From: Octopus vulgaris
Taxonomy: Eukaryota
Direction: 5' to 3'
NCBI GenBank assembly: GCA_951406725.2
Contig: OX597826.1
Location: 38,874,001-38,938,000 of the forward strand
Length of the DNA: 64,000 bases
The notes under the pieces were generated by a model that worked only from the letters and a program-made list of their open reading frames with translations, did not search any database and was not told the DNA's origin. Both the position numbers and the translations under genes were made by a program. Shown one piece after another: positions 12,841 through 23,499 of the stretch (positions are counted from its first letter, which is position 1; the number at the start of each line of letters is the position of its first letter).

Positions 12841-13059
12841 ATGGCCGCCATGGGTTTTGCAGTAAATCACTAAATCATCCATAACTTTTGTATTATCCTC
12901 TCAAATTACACCAAAATCTCAGACAATAACAATTAATATCGTATTTATTGTCTGTGAAAATTATAGAAAATTATAGAATATAAAACAACTTTGATAAAAA
13001 CTTATACCTACTTTTCTGACGAAAACAATGCCGTTCTGAACATTTTGGCCGCAACTGTA
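12841..13059 (-). mobile_element. Tc1/mariner-like MITE end (single TIR)
   Basis: Minus strand begins TA|cagttgcggccaaaa; partner TIR not seen. Confidence 0.4.
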
Positions 13060-13064
13060 TACAG

Positions 13065-13380
13065 CATACATAGACCCAGTCGCAGCAGCTGTAAGCGAAA
13101 CTCTGCTTAGTGTTAGTCTTGGTTATGTAACAGTTCTTTAATCTTCTTATTTCTCCAAAGACAGCCCCTCGTGCATTCTCGAAGGAGACAGATTAGCGGA
13201 TAGCGTGTCGCTTGCCAAGCCTCCGACTGGAGGTTATATTAAGATCATTGTAGGTCATCAAGCCTCTGGCTCGAAATATCCTTATCCTTTTTTTTGTTTT
13301 GGTCTTTGGTGCCTCTTTTTGGCACAATAGGCAATGGAAAGGTTGCCATACAGCACAATCTTGAGGCAGGTGGTGATACA
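13065..13380 (-). mobile_element. RTE LINE 3' ORF fragment
   Basis: Diverged paralogue of 14229-14600. Confidence 0.65.
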
Positions 13381-13560
13381 GTTATAAATATATACAACTT
13401 TCGCACATAAACATACACAATATACACGCACACTATTGGGTCACACACACACACACACACTTCATGCATTAATACACACACGCGCACACACACATGGGCA
13501 TACACCACTCGAACAAGTACACATTAACTGCGACAAACAAGCCTTTGCATAAGCACATAC

Positions 13561-13711
13561 ACACACACACACACACGATAGCTTCACACACATACTATAC
13601 ACAGCCTCACACACAAATACACACGACCATACGTACACACACACACACACACACGATAGCTTCACACACATACTATACACAGCCTCACACACAAATACAC
13701 ACGACCATACG
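13561..13711. repeat. Two tandem copies of an approximately 76-bp CA-rich unit
   Basis: gatagcttcacacacatactatacacagcctcacacacaaatacacacgaccatacg occurs twice. Confidence 0.9.
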
Positions 13712-14158
13712 CACACATACGCACACATACATGAAACACAGATCACTCCAAACAATGTACACACTGAGTTACTTATAGACACACACGCTCCAATGCGCAC
13801 GCACAGGCTCACATAATTTTAAGCTCGCCCACACACACATTCACACGCGCTCATCCTCATTCACACATGCATACTTAAATACATCATTATTACAGACACA
13901 CACGCGCTTGCGCACCTTTGTTTAGCCGGGTCACCGTTATTATCTCCCTTTCACTCAGCCTCTTTCGGTCATTTTATCATGCTGAACTGTTTAATCCCAA
14001 CACATTGTTTTGTCTCTCCGTTTTTCCCCTCTCAACCCTTTCTGTCAAAGAGCGTAGGCTCGAAACGCTCAAGACTTTTCCATTCTTCTCGAGCGTCAGA
14101 CTAGTACACCTGCTTGTTGTTCCCTCACCTGTCTTCGTCTTTTTTCAATAAATTTGAA

Positions 14159-14202
<44 letters not shown>

Positions 14203-14228
14203 ACATATATACGTATGTGTACAAAACA

Positions 14229-14600
14229 CATCATCATCATCATCATCACAATTTTGGCTTGACTTCCCGAACGATGGCTGAAGGCTCTGTGAGGACTGAT
14301 GAGGCTTACACAGGATACATAAACCCGGTCGCAGCAGCTGTAAGGGAAATACTATTTAATGTTGGTCGTAGCTATATCACAGTTCTTTACTCTTCTTATT
14401 CTTGAAGGAGACAGACTGGCGGATAGCATGTCGTTCACCAAGCCTCACGACTCGAGGTTATAGTAAGATTATTGTCGGCCATCAATGCCTCAGGCTCGAA
14501 GTATCCTTATCCCTTTTGCTTTGATTTTTGGTACCTCCTTCCGGCACGACAGGCAATAGGAAGGTTGCGATGCAATAGATTCTTGGGGCAGGTGGTGATA
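14229..14600 (-). mobile_element. RTE LINE 3' end with (GAT)n tail
   Basis: FPYSCCDRVYVSCVSLISPHRAF resembles the RTE terminal C..C.R...SRIGL.SH.R motif; (cat)n at 14229-14247. Confidence 0.7.
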
Positions 14601-15165
14601 CTATTATATACATATACTACCATGTATACAACAATGTATGTATGTGTTTGTGTGTGTGTCTGTGTGTGTTTGTATAAATAATCATACATGTATATAATCT
14701 GTACATACATCCATGTATACACCTTTACACGCACATACACACACACATGCACATATGAGAGAAATATAAGGAAGGGGAAAAAAGTGAGAATTGTTCTTTT
14801 GTACTATATAAGCAATGTTTTATGTAGATTGGTTTCTATGTATTTTTACTATATTTAGCTTTAATTTGTAAACAGTTACTCCTTTTACAGAAAACAAGAA
14901 CTATATTGATAAAACGGCTCTTCATTATTAGCTTCAGTGATTCAAGAACTAAGTACTAAATCATTTCAAACTTAGATGATGTTTTTATATTTCAGCTTCA
15001 CGGCACACATTGAAGGCATACTGTATAGTCGAAGGGAAAATTTTCAACAAATAGTTTACTCAGCTTACTGGTGTAGACATAATATTGTAGTTAAAGCGTT
15101 CGTTTTGCAGCAATATAGTTTCGGGTTCATTACCAACATAGCACCTTCAATGTCTTATATCATAG

Positions 15166-15582
15166 CTATTTCTTTACTACCCACAAGGGGCTAAACACAG
15201 AGTGGACAAACAAGGATGGACAAATGGATTAAGTTGATTACATCGACCCCAGTGCGTAACTGGTACTTATTTAATCGACCCCGAAAGGATGAAAGGCAAA
15301 GTCGACCTCGGTGGAATTTGAACTCAGAACGTAGCGGCAGACGAAATACTTATTTCTTTACTACCCACAAGGGGATAAACACAGAGAGGACAATCAAGGA
15401 CAGACAAACGGATTAAGTCGATTATATCGACCCCAGTGCGTAACTGGTACTTAATTTATCGACCCCGAAAGGATGAAAGGCAAAGTCGACCTCGGCGGAA
15501 TTTGAACTCAGAACGTAGCGGCAGACGAAATACTGCTAAGCATTTCACCCTGCGTGCTAACGTGTCTACCAGCTCGCCGCCT
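15166..15582 (-). mobile_element. SINE family 2, tail type A: one full copy (15350-15582) plus a tandem 5'-truncated copy (15166-15348)
   Basis: Head ggcggcgagctgg, core gactttgcctttcatcctttcggggtcgataaattaagtaccag (Deu/Nin-domain-like by recall), tail ttgtgggtagtaaagaaata. Confidence 0.9.
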
Positions 15583-15692
15583 TTCAATGTCTTATACCAA
15601 AGCATCAACCTTCTACGTGGAATTTAAACAGACAGAAACTGCCCGTGCCATGTGTGTGTGTGTGTGTGAACAATTTAATATTTAAATTGAAG

Positions 15693-16091
15693 GTATTTCT
15701 GTCTTTATGTTGTGAGTTCAAATTCTGCCGAGGTCGACTTTACTTTTCATCCTTTTGGGGTTGATAAATTAAGTACAAGTTGCGTACTGGGATCGATCTA
15801 ATCGACTGGGCCCCTCGCCCCAAAATTTAGGGCTTTGTGCCTAAAGTAGAAAAGAATACTTAAATTGAAGGAAGGCGGCGAGCTGGCAGAAACGTTAACA
15901 CGCCGGGCGAAATACTTAGTGGTATTTTGTCTGTTCTTACGTTCTGAGTTCAAATTCCGCCGGGGTCGACTTTACCTTTCATCCTTTCGGGGTCGATAAA
16001 TCAAGTATTAGTTGCGTACTGGGGTCGATGTAATCGACTGCCCCCCCCAAAAAAAAAAATTTCGGGTCTTGTGCCTAGAGTAGAAAAGAAT
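15693..16091 (+). mobile_element. SINE family 2, tail type B: truncated copy (15693-15859) and full copy (15874-16091)
   Basis: Same core. The truncated copy is flanked by direct repeat ttaaattgaagg (TSD). Confidence 0.88.
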
Positions 16092-16164
16092 ATTTACTCC
16101 TTTAGATAACGCCATCTTTGTTCTAATTCTTGCTGAACTTTTATTCGATTTGATGTTATTAATA

Positions 16165-16408
16165 GGAGCACTCCGTCGGTTGCGACGATGAGGGTCCCAG
16201 CTGATACGATCAACGGAACAGCCTGCTCGTGAAATTAACGTGTAAGTGGCTGAGCACTCCACAGACACGTGTACCCATAACGTAGTTCTCAGGAAGATTC
16301 AGCGTGACACACAGAATGTGACAAGGCTGGCCCTTTGAAATACAGGTACAAGAGAAACAGGAAGAAAGAGCGAGAGAAAGTTGTGGTGAAAGAGTACAGC
16401 AGGGTTCA
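16165..16408. repeat. Probable interspersed repeat, unclassified
   Basis: GC-richer island that I recall as a common octopus repeat; single copy here, so unverified. Confidence 0.35.
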
Positions 16409-16725
16409 ACTTTATGTGCTGCTATAATTTGTGCAATATTTCTGCTAAGACAATAAGCCAATCTAATCTTATGTCCAATAAAAACTTTGTAATATTTGTG
16501 ATTTCTTGGAAAATATTTTTAAATTGTTATATTAAACAATTTGGAAAAAATGTAATTTACCTGTTTACCAAATAGAACAATTAACCATATGGTATTCTTC
16601 GAGTTAAAATCATAATATTGATGTTTATACCCGTTTTTCGAAGAAGTATGTATTCTCTGGTTTCGATCCATTTTAAAGTTAGCGTTTATTTTATTTTCCT
16701 CTTCAAATCTTTTTATTTTACTTTC

Positions 16726-16793
16726 TATTAAAAGAATTTGAGATTGTATTAAAAGAATTTGAGATTGTATTAAAAGAATTTGAGATTGTATTA
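16726..16793. repeat. 21-bp tandem repeat x3
   Basis: tattaaaagaatttgagattg repeated perfectly. Confidence 0.95.
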
Positions 16794-17008
16794 ATTTCTA
16801 TAAACAGTACGAGAATTTTTAACCCGGTTATCAACAATCTTACAATTTTCCTTTTGTTTGAATTATAATTCTTCATTTGTTTATTTTCTCAATCAAAATC
16901 GCCTACGCTTGTTATTTTATCAACTTCACTATTTGACTTTAAATCTCCATTGCTTCATTTCTTATAAGTAGATTTGTTTATGGTGCTAGATTTTAGAATT
17001 GCATTATT

Positions 17009-17268
17009 AAAGTAAGAAAACAGCACAGCTCCCATGACTTCAGGAAACATTTTTTCACGCTGAGAGTTGCTGAAGCATGGAACAAACTGCCGGCATCAGT
17101 TGTTAGTTGTCGGAGCACTGCATCCTTCAAAACTTCCATGCTTCCTGAGATTCGTCAACACTACACTTGATTTTCTCCCCTCCATACTGCATGTACTTTA
17201 TATGCACTTTCTGACAAGTTGTGGTGCACCTGAGCACTGTATACAATAATTTCATTATTATTATTATT
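17009..17268 (+). mobile_element. CR1 LINE 3' end with (ATT)n tail
   Basis: RKHFFTLRVAEAWNKLPASVVSCRSTASFKTSM matches the CR1 C-terminal FF..RV...WN.LP..VV......FK motif. Confidence 0.88.
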
Positions 17269-17739
17269 TAAAATTACTATTTAAATCTGGTTCCATATTT
17301 GACTTATTAATCTTAATTTTATCGTTACACCCCGCTTTCCTAATTGCCAAGTTATAGTAGTCTTCATTAAGTTTGAAAATATTCTCATTGGCTGAAAATA
17401 TTCTCATTAAGTTATTCTAAACGAAATGTTCTTTATTAGTGAATTTGTTACTGATTTGGGTTACCGAAGTTATTTTAACCGTAAAAAAGAGTTGTTGAGT
17501 CAAAAACATAGTTTATTGATAGATAGATAATAAGCAGCTTTCTTTATTATAATACAGATATGACTAATTCGGAGAAACATTACTTTCATTATTCACACAT
17601 CGTCACTCACGTAATACAACACTTTGTAATTTTGGTTCAAAATAAAAATGTGAAACTATTTACATTTTGTAATGAAACTTGGTGGTTGTAGAGAAGTGTA
17701 TTTGAAATAACTATAGCTGATTGTTGAGATAACGTAGAA

Positions 17740-18085
17740 AATATGTAACTGAAATAAAGTTTATTTGACATGTGTAATCAATTTGATTGTTCTTGTCTTA
17801 ACATCAGTTGGTAAGAATAGAAATCATTTGACGACACCTTTTTGTTTGTAATTAGTTATCCTGTTGCAGGTTCAATCCGTGGAATATTGAAATGATACCC
17901 ATCTGGTCCATTCCTCAGAATAAGAGTATACTGGAGAGCATGATAAGAGGGATGAGTCTGTAAAACACATTTAAGGTCATTATTTCGAACACGAATGAGA
18001 ATATCATGATTTTCATGGGGATCACCAACCATAAGGATGGCTACTTCATTAGATGTGGGCTCATTAAAACAGCATAAAATGTTCT
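17740..18085 (-). mobile_element. Helitron RepHel fragment
   Basis: FNEPTSNEVAILMVGD..DILIRVRNNDL..THPSYHALQYTLILRNGPDGYHFNI..KKVSSNDFYSYQLMLR is typical of the region upstream of the Helitron Rep motifs; contains stops. Confidence 0.85.
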
Positions 18086-18436
18086 TTACTATAGTTTACT
18101 ATAGACATAAGGAATGCAAAAACACACTCATAGAATTGATAATATTGAAAACAGCAAAATGTACACATACGAAGTTCAAGCGAAACGAAATGTAGTCAAT
18201 ATAGGTGCAAATCATACTTTCTGTAGCATAGTTATGCTATAAAAAAAAATGGAAAGTCACCATTTTAGCAAAAGTCACCAATGTAACAAAGTACAGAAAG
18301 TCAACATTTATTTGCAACATGTACTAAATGTTATAAAATTCACGACTGAATGAATGTCATGGCGAAGAGAGTCCAATAAAATTCAGAAGGCATAATTCAA
18401 TATTTCATACAAAAATAATTTATTTTACAATTTTGA

Positions 18437-18475
<39 letters not shown>

Positions 18476-18531
18476 ATATGGAAAAAAAAGTCAAGATAGA
18501 AAATGCTAAACTAATTTTATAAAAAACATTT

Positions 18532-18567
18532 CAGTACCGGTTTCAGTCATTGAGAACTTTTCAACTG
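18532..18567 (-). ncRNA. Minimal hammerhead ribozyme-like fold (U3-A8 variant)
   Basis: CAG UUGAAAA guucucaaugacu GAA ACCGGU A CUG: stem I CAG/CUG, palindromic stem III, GUA cleavage triplet. Confidence 0.45.
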
Positions 18568-18719
18568 TAACGATTAAACAATTAAATTTAGAAAAATTAA
18601 AAGAAAAGTTTTTTTAAAAGAATATTTGTATAGTGTTCAAATACAAGTGGCATTTTCCTTGTTTCTGCCTGTCTCTGTGTCTCTTGTTTACTCTTGTGGG
18701 TTCGAGGTCGTTGTGAATT

Positions 18720-18767
<48 letters not shown>

Positions 18768-19150
18768 GGCGTTGGAGTGGCTGTGTGGTAAGTAGTTTGC
18801 TTACCAGCCACATGGTTCCGGGCTCAGTTCCACTGCCTGGCAACTTGGGCAAGTGTCTTCGACTATAGCTTTGTGAGTGGATTTGGATGACGGAAACTGA
18901 AAGAAGCCCGTCGAATATATGCGTGTGAGTATGTGTGTGTATGTTTGTGTGTCTGTGTTTCTCACCCAACATCACTTGACAGCCGATGCTGGTGTGTTTA
19001 CATCCCCGTAACTTAACGGTTCGGCAAAGAAGCTCGATAGAATAAGTACTAGGTTTACGAAGAATAAGTCCTGGGGTCGATTTGCTCGACTAAAGGCGGT
19101 GCCCCGGCATGGCCTCAGTCAAATGACTAAAACAAGTAAAAGAAATAAAA

Positions 19151-19152
<2 letters not shown>
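18768..19152 (+). mobile_element. SINE family 1
   Basis: Family match; small internal deletion. Confidence 0.9.
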
Positions 19153-19205
<53 letters not shown>

Positions 19206-19225
19206 TTCATATATATATACATTTC

Positions 19226-19800
19226 TATATCATTTGTTCCGGTAATCTCCACAGATTATCTATAGAATTTATAGCCTGCACTGATTTTATTACGACGTTT
19301 CATATCCAAGATGCTTGATGTAAACAAACAGTGAGATCGAAGACGAAAAATGGATATTGGGCGTATATTACATATTTCAGAAGTTTTTGCTCCTTCATCG
19401 GCACCCGTCTATTAATCATTCGCGAGCACATTGTTTAAATGGCCACCAAAAATAGCGGTGTAACGTGATTGGATGTACAAATTTTACATATTAAGCACTT
19501 TCTTGGAAGTGTTTACATACCAGCTTCCAGGAATGTGTTTAATATGTAATATTGGTACGTGCAATAACGTTGCACCGCCATGTTTAGTGGCTATTTAAGC
19601 AATGTGTCCGTGGATTATTAATGGGTTAAATGGGTGCCGATGAAGAAGCAAAAACTACTGAAATATTTCTTATACGCCCATTACCTATTTTTCATCTTCT
19701 ATTTCATTGTTTGTTTGCATCAGGTAAACAAGCATCGAATACGAAACGGCATAACAAAAATCAGTACTGGTTTTAATTTCTATAGAAAATCTGTAGAGAT
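19226..19800. mobile_element. Fold-back (palindromic) element, copy 1
   Basis: Arms of about 270 bp are imperfect inverted repeats around a centre near 19510-19523, e.g. tgggcgtata..atcggcaccc / gggtgccgat..tatacgccca. Confidence 0.85.
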
Positions 19801-19801
19801 A

Positions 19802-19972
19802 GGCGCAGGAGTGGCTGTGTGGTAAGTAGCTTGCTAACCAACCACATGGTTCCGGGTTCAGTCCCACTGCGAGGCATCTTGGGCAAGTGTCTTCTGCTAT
19901 AGCCCCGGGCCGACCAATACCTTGTGAGTGAATTTGGTAGACGGAAACTGAAAGAAGCCTGTCGTATATATG

Positions 19973-20039
<67 letters not shown>

Positions 20040-20241
20040 CTGTGTTTGTCCCCCTATCATTGCTTGACAACTGATGCTGGTGTGTTTACGTCCCCGTCAC
20101 TTAGCGGTTCGGCAAAAGAAGCTCGATAGAATAAGTACTAGGTTTACGAAGAATAAGTCCTGGGGTCGATTTGCTCGACTAAAGGCGGTGCCCCAGCATG
20201 GCCGCAGTCAAATGACTAAAACAAGTAAAATAACTAAAAGA
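19802..20241 (+). mobile_element. SINE family 1, chimeric copy
   Basis: 5' half matches the 20864 copy; 3' half matches the 18768 copy. Confidence 0.9.
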
Positions 20242-20282
20242 ATACATATATATATATATTCATTCATATATATATACATTTC

Positions 20283-21034
20283 TATATCATTTGTTCCGGT
20301 AATCTCCACAGATTATCTATAGAAATTATAGCCTGCACTGATTTTGTTACGACGTTTCATATCCAAGATGCTTGATGTAAACAAACAGTGAGATCGAAGA
20401 CGAAAAATGGGTAATGGGCGTATATTACATATTTCAGAAGTTTTTGCTCCTTCATCGGCACCCGTCCAACCCATTAATCATTCGCGAGCACATTGTTTAA
20501 ATGGCCACTAAAAATAGCGGTGTAACGTGATTGGATATACCAATTTTACATATCAAGCACTTTCTTGGAAGTGTTTACATATCAGCTTCCAAGAACGTGT
20601 TTAATATGTAAGATTGGTACGTGCAATAACGTTGCGCCGCCATGTTTAGTGGCTATTTAAGCAATGTGTTCGTGGATTATTAATGGGTTAAATGGGTGCC
20701 GATGAAGATGCAAAAACTACTGAAATATTTCTTATACGCCCATTACCTATTTTTCATCTTCTAGTTTATTGTTTGTTTGCATCAGGTAAACAAGCATCGA
20801 ATACGAAACGGCATAACAAAAATCAGTACTGGTTTTAATTTCTATAGAAAATCTGTAGAGATAGGCGCAGGAGTGGCTGTGTGGTAAGTAGCTTGCTAAC
20901 CAACCACATGGTTCCGGGTTCAGTCCCACTGCGTGGCATCTTGGGCAAGTGTCTTCTGCTATAACCCCGGGCCGACCAATACATTGTGAGTGAATTTGGT
21001 AGACGGAAACTGATAGAAGCCTGTCGTATATATG

Positions 21035-21083
<49 letters not shown>

Positions 21084-21330
21084 GTGTGTGTGTCTGTGTT
21101 TGTCCCCCTCGCATTGCTTGACAACTGATGCTGGTGTGTTTACGTCCCCGTCACTTAGCGGTTCGGCAAAAGAGTCCGATAGAATAAGTACTGGGCTTAC
21201 AAAGAATAAGTCCCGGGGTCGATTTGCCCGACTAAAGGCGGTGCTCCAGCATGGCCGCAGTCAAGTGACTGAAACAAGTAAGAATAAGAGTAAGTAAGAG
21301 TAAGATAACCAGAACAAATGATGTAATAAC
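20283..21330. mobile_element. Fold-back element copy 2 with SINE family 1 (20864-21306, +) inserted in its right arm
   Basis: Duplicate of 19226-19800. The arm resumes after the SINE (accagaacaaatgatgta pairs with tatatcatttgttccggt). Confidence 0.85.
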
Positions 21331-22469
21331 ACTACTAAGTTTAGCACGGTATTGACGTAGGATTTTTTTCCTTGTGATAGACAGAATTCAACACAATTTC
21401 TAGTTTACTAAACAATTTGAAACTTCGAAAACAATAATATGCCTAAATCGGTCTAGAGTGGGATATGAGGGTGCGCGTGGAGTGTGGGTCGTATTGTAAA
21501 AATTTGCGAAATATTTTTTCATAAAAGGATGCCCCAGCTTGTCGGAGGCTGTGATATAAATTGGGGAAAAATCCTCGACACCAGTGCGTAATTGGTACTT
21601 AATTTATCGACTCCGAAACGATGAAACATTGATCCCCCATTTCTGGTTTATTTACCTTTTGTGTAAATTTGTTCCGGCAAGGGGCAAAACACAGAGGGGA
21701 CAAAGCATGAGAGACAAAAGTATTAAGTCGATTCTATCGACACCAGTGCGAACTCACGAACGTGTATGTATGCTTGTGTGCGTATGTGTGTGTATGTATA
21801 TCTCCGTTTGTATGTGTGTGTACGCTTATATATTAATTACTATGTGCTTGTGCAAATGTACATGCATGTGTTTGAGAGAGAGAGTGACAGAGAGAGAGTG
21901 TGTGTGTGTGTCTGTGTGTGTGTGTGCAAGTGTACGTGTGTATGTATCTGAATATGTGTGTGTATGCGGCGTGCGTATATGCGTATAAGCATGTATCTTT
22001 GTGTATGTATATGTATACTTGTCTGTGTGTGCATGTGTGCGTGTGTATGTATATTTACTTCTATATGCAGGCGCGCTTGTATATGTGGGATCTTTTCCTT
22101 TTGATATTTAAGAGATATGGCTGTTCTTTCTAGCACATGCCAACACAACCCTCCTCGTTTGTTTATCAATATCGATAATGCAGCAAATGATTTCAGCTCA
22201 AAAGAGAGCATAGGATTGGTTAAAATTCGAAAAATTAAACTACGTTAAACAAACGAATTGCAAATTTATCAAAAAAAGCCAAGTGAAAATAATGTTTTCT
22301 TTTGACACATTCTACCAGTATACGAAGTTTCAAATTGTTTAGTTAACTAGAAATTGTGTTGAATTCTGTCTATCAAAAGGAAAAAATCCTTGACGTATAA
22401 AGTATCAGCTGACTCAAAGACCAATGCTGTGGATTTACTTACAGCGGATGTAAACATGCCAAGAAATTA

Positions 22470-22800
22470 CTCGCTTTGGTTTGAGGACATTCCGCTGGGT
22501 CACATATTGGATAATGCCAGCAATATCATATGATTAGATTGCAACGGACTGCTGCTGCTGCTTCGAATGGCACTTTCTAAGATAGTCTGTCTGGTGTTAC
22601 CCTCTTAGGCCAGTATTATAGTTCTCAATATCCCCATTACTCTATCTTCAGATGGTGTTGGTCCTATTTACTCTGGTTTCTTTTCTTCGACCGTTCTCCC
22701 GCCGCCAAGGGTGACAGTAACAGGTGTGATAGAATCCTGACTACATCGCTGTCAGAGTCAAAGGACCACACAAGTCCTCCATCACGACAAGGAACAACTA
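22470..22800 (-). mobile_element. RTE 5'-UTR-derived short element
   Basis: Minus strand starts ccttgtcgtgatggaggacttgtgtg, resembling the RTE/BovB-type 5' motif CCTTGTCGTGG.G.GGGGCTTG.GTG. Confidence 0.5.
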
Positions 22801-23400
22801 TCAAAGGGTGTGTGTGTGCGCGCACACACACACATTTAAAAAGAGACTGAGAGGGAGAGAGATGATGTATGTGTATGAGTAAAGAATTTGACAGTTATTC
22901 AATCCTTAAATAATATTCTCACAACATATTCTACGAAATCTATCTCCAAATATTCCTGCTGATGATGAAAATCTGTTTCAGACGAGAATTGATGGCAGTG
23001 GTGTTGTATACTCTAAAGGTAAAATGGCGGCGATGGTGTCGTCTAGTTTACAGGAAAGTTTAATGTCAAAGTTTTGAAATGTCGTTATTTCACTTTTGGG
23101 GCAGAAGTTAACTGGAACACACTTCCGTCGTTAAACTTGCGGTTGAATTTCATTTATCTGTTTTTGTAACAGCAGTAGTTGTTATTTCATTATAAAAATT
23201 CAACTATAATGTAGGAATAACTAAAGCTGCTATGGGTTTCATTTATGATTTATATCAAATTTTACCATAACCATTTCTCTGTTGCTCCTCCCGTTTCTAA
23301 TGTAACTTTGTTTTTGCTTTGTCCATCTCCGCTCATTTAATTTTCTGTGTACTTTTTTCAGTTGCATGTGTGAATTAGTTTTTATGGCAAAAAATAACTC

Positions 23401-23435
<35 letters not shown>

Positions 23436-23499
23436 CAAAATAGCAGAATTATTATTTTTATTATTATCAAAATAGCAGAATTACTATTATTATTATTAA

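Noticed and set aside
14296-14350. CTGATGAG...GAAA hammerhead-like motif
   Set aside because: Explained as the antisense of the RTE C-terminal (G/S)LISH coding motif; stem I does not form.
16726-16793. CRISPR-like array
   Set aside because: Head-to-tail repeat without spacers in eukaryotic DNA.
17860-18080. Possible host exon after ttgcag acceptor on plus strand
   Set aside because: Minus strand reads as Helitron RepHel with stops.
22955-22998. CTGATGA plus UGAAA/UUUCA stem
   Set aside because: GAAA and stem III are missing; at most a dead relic.
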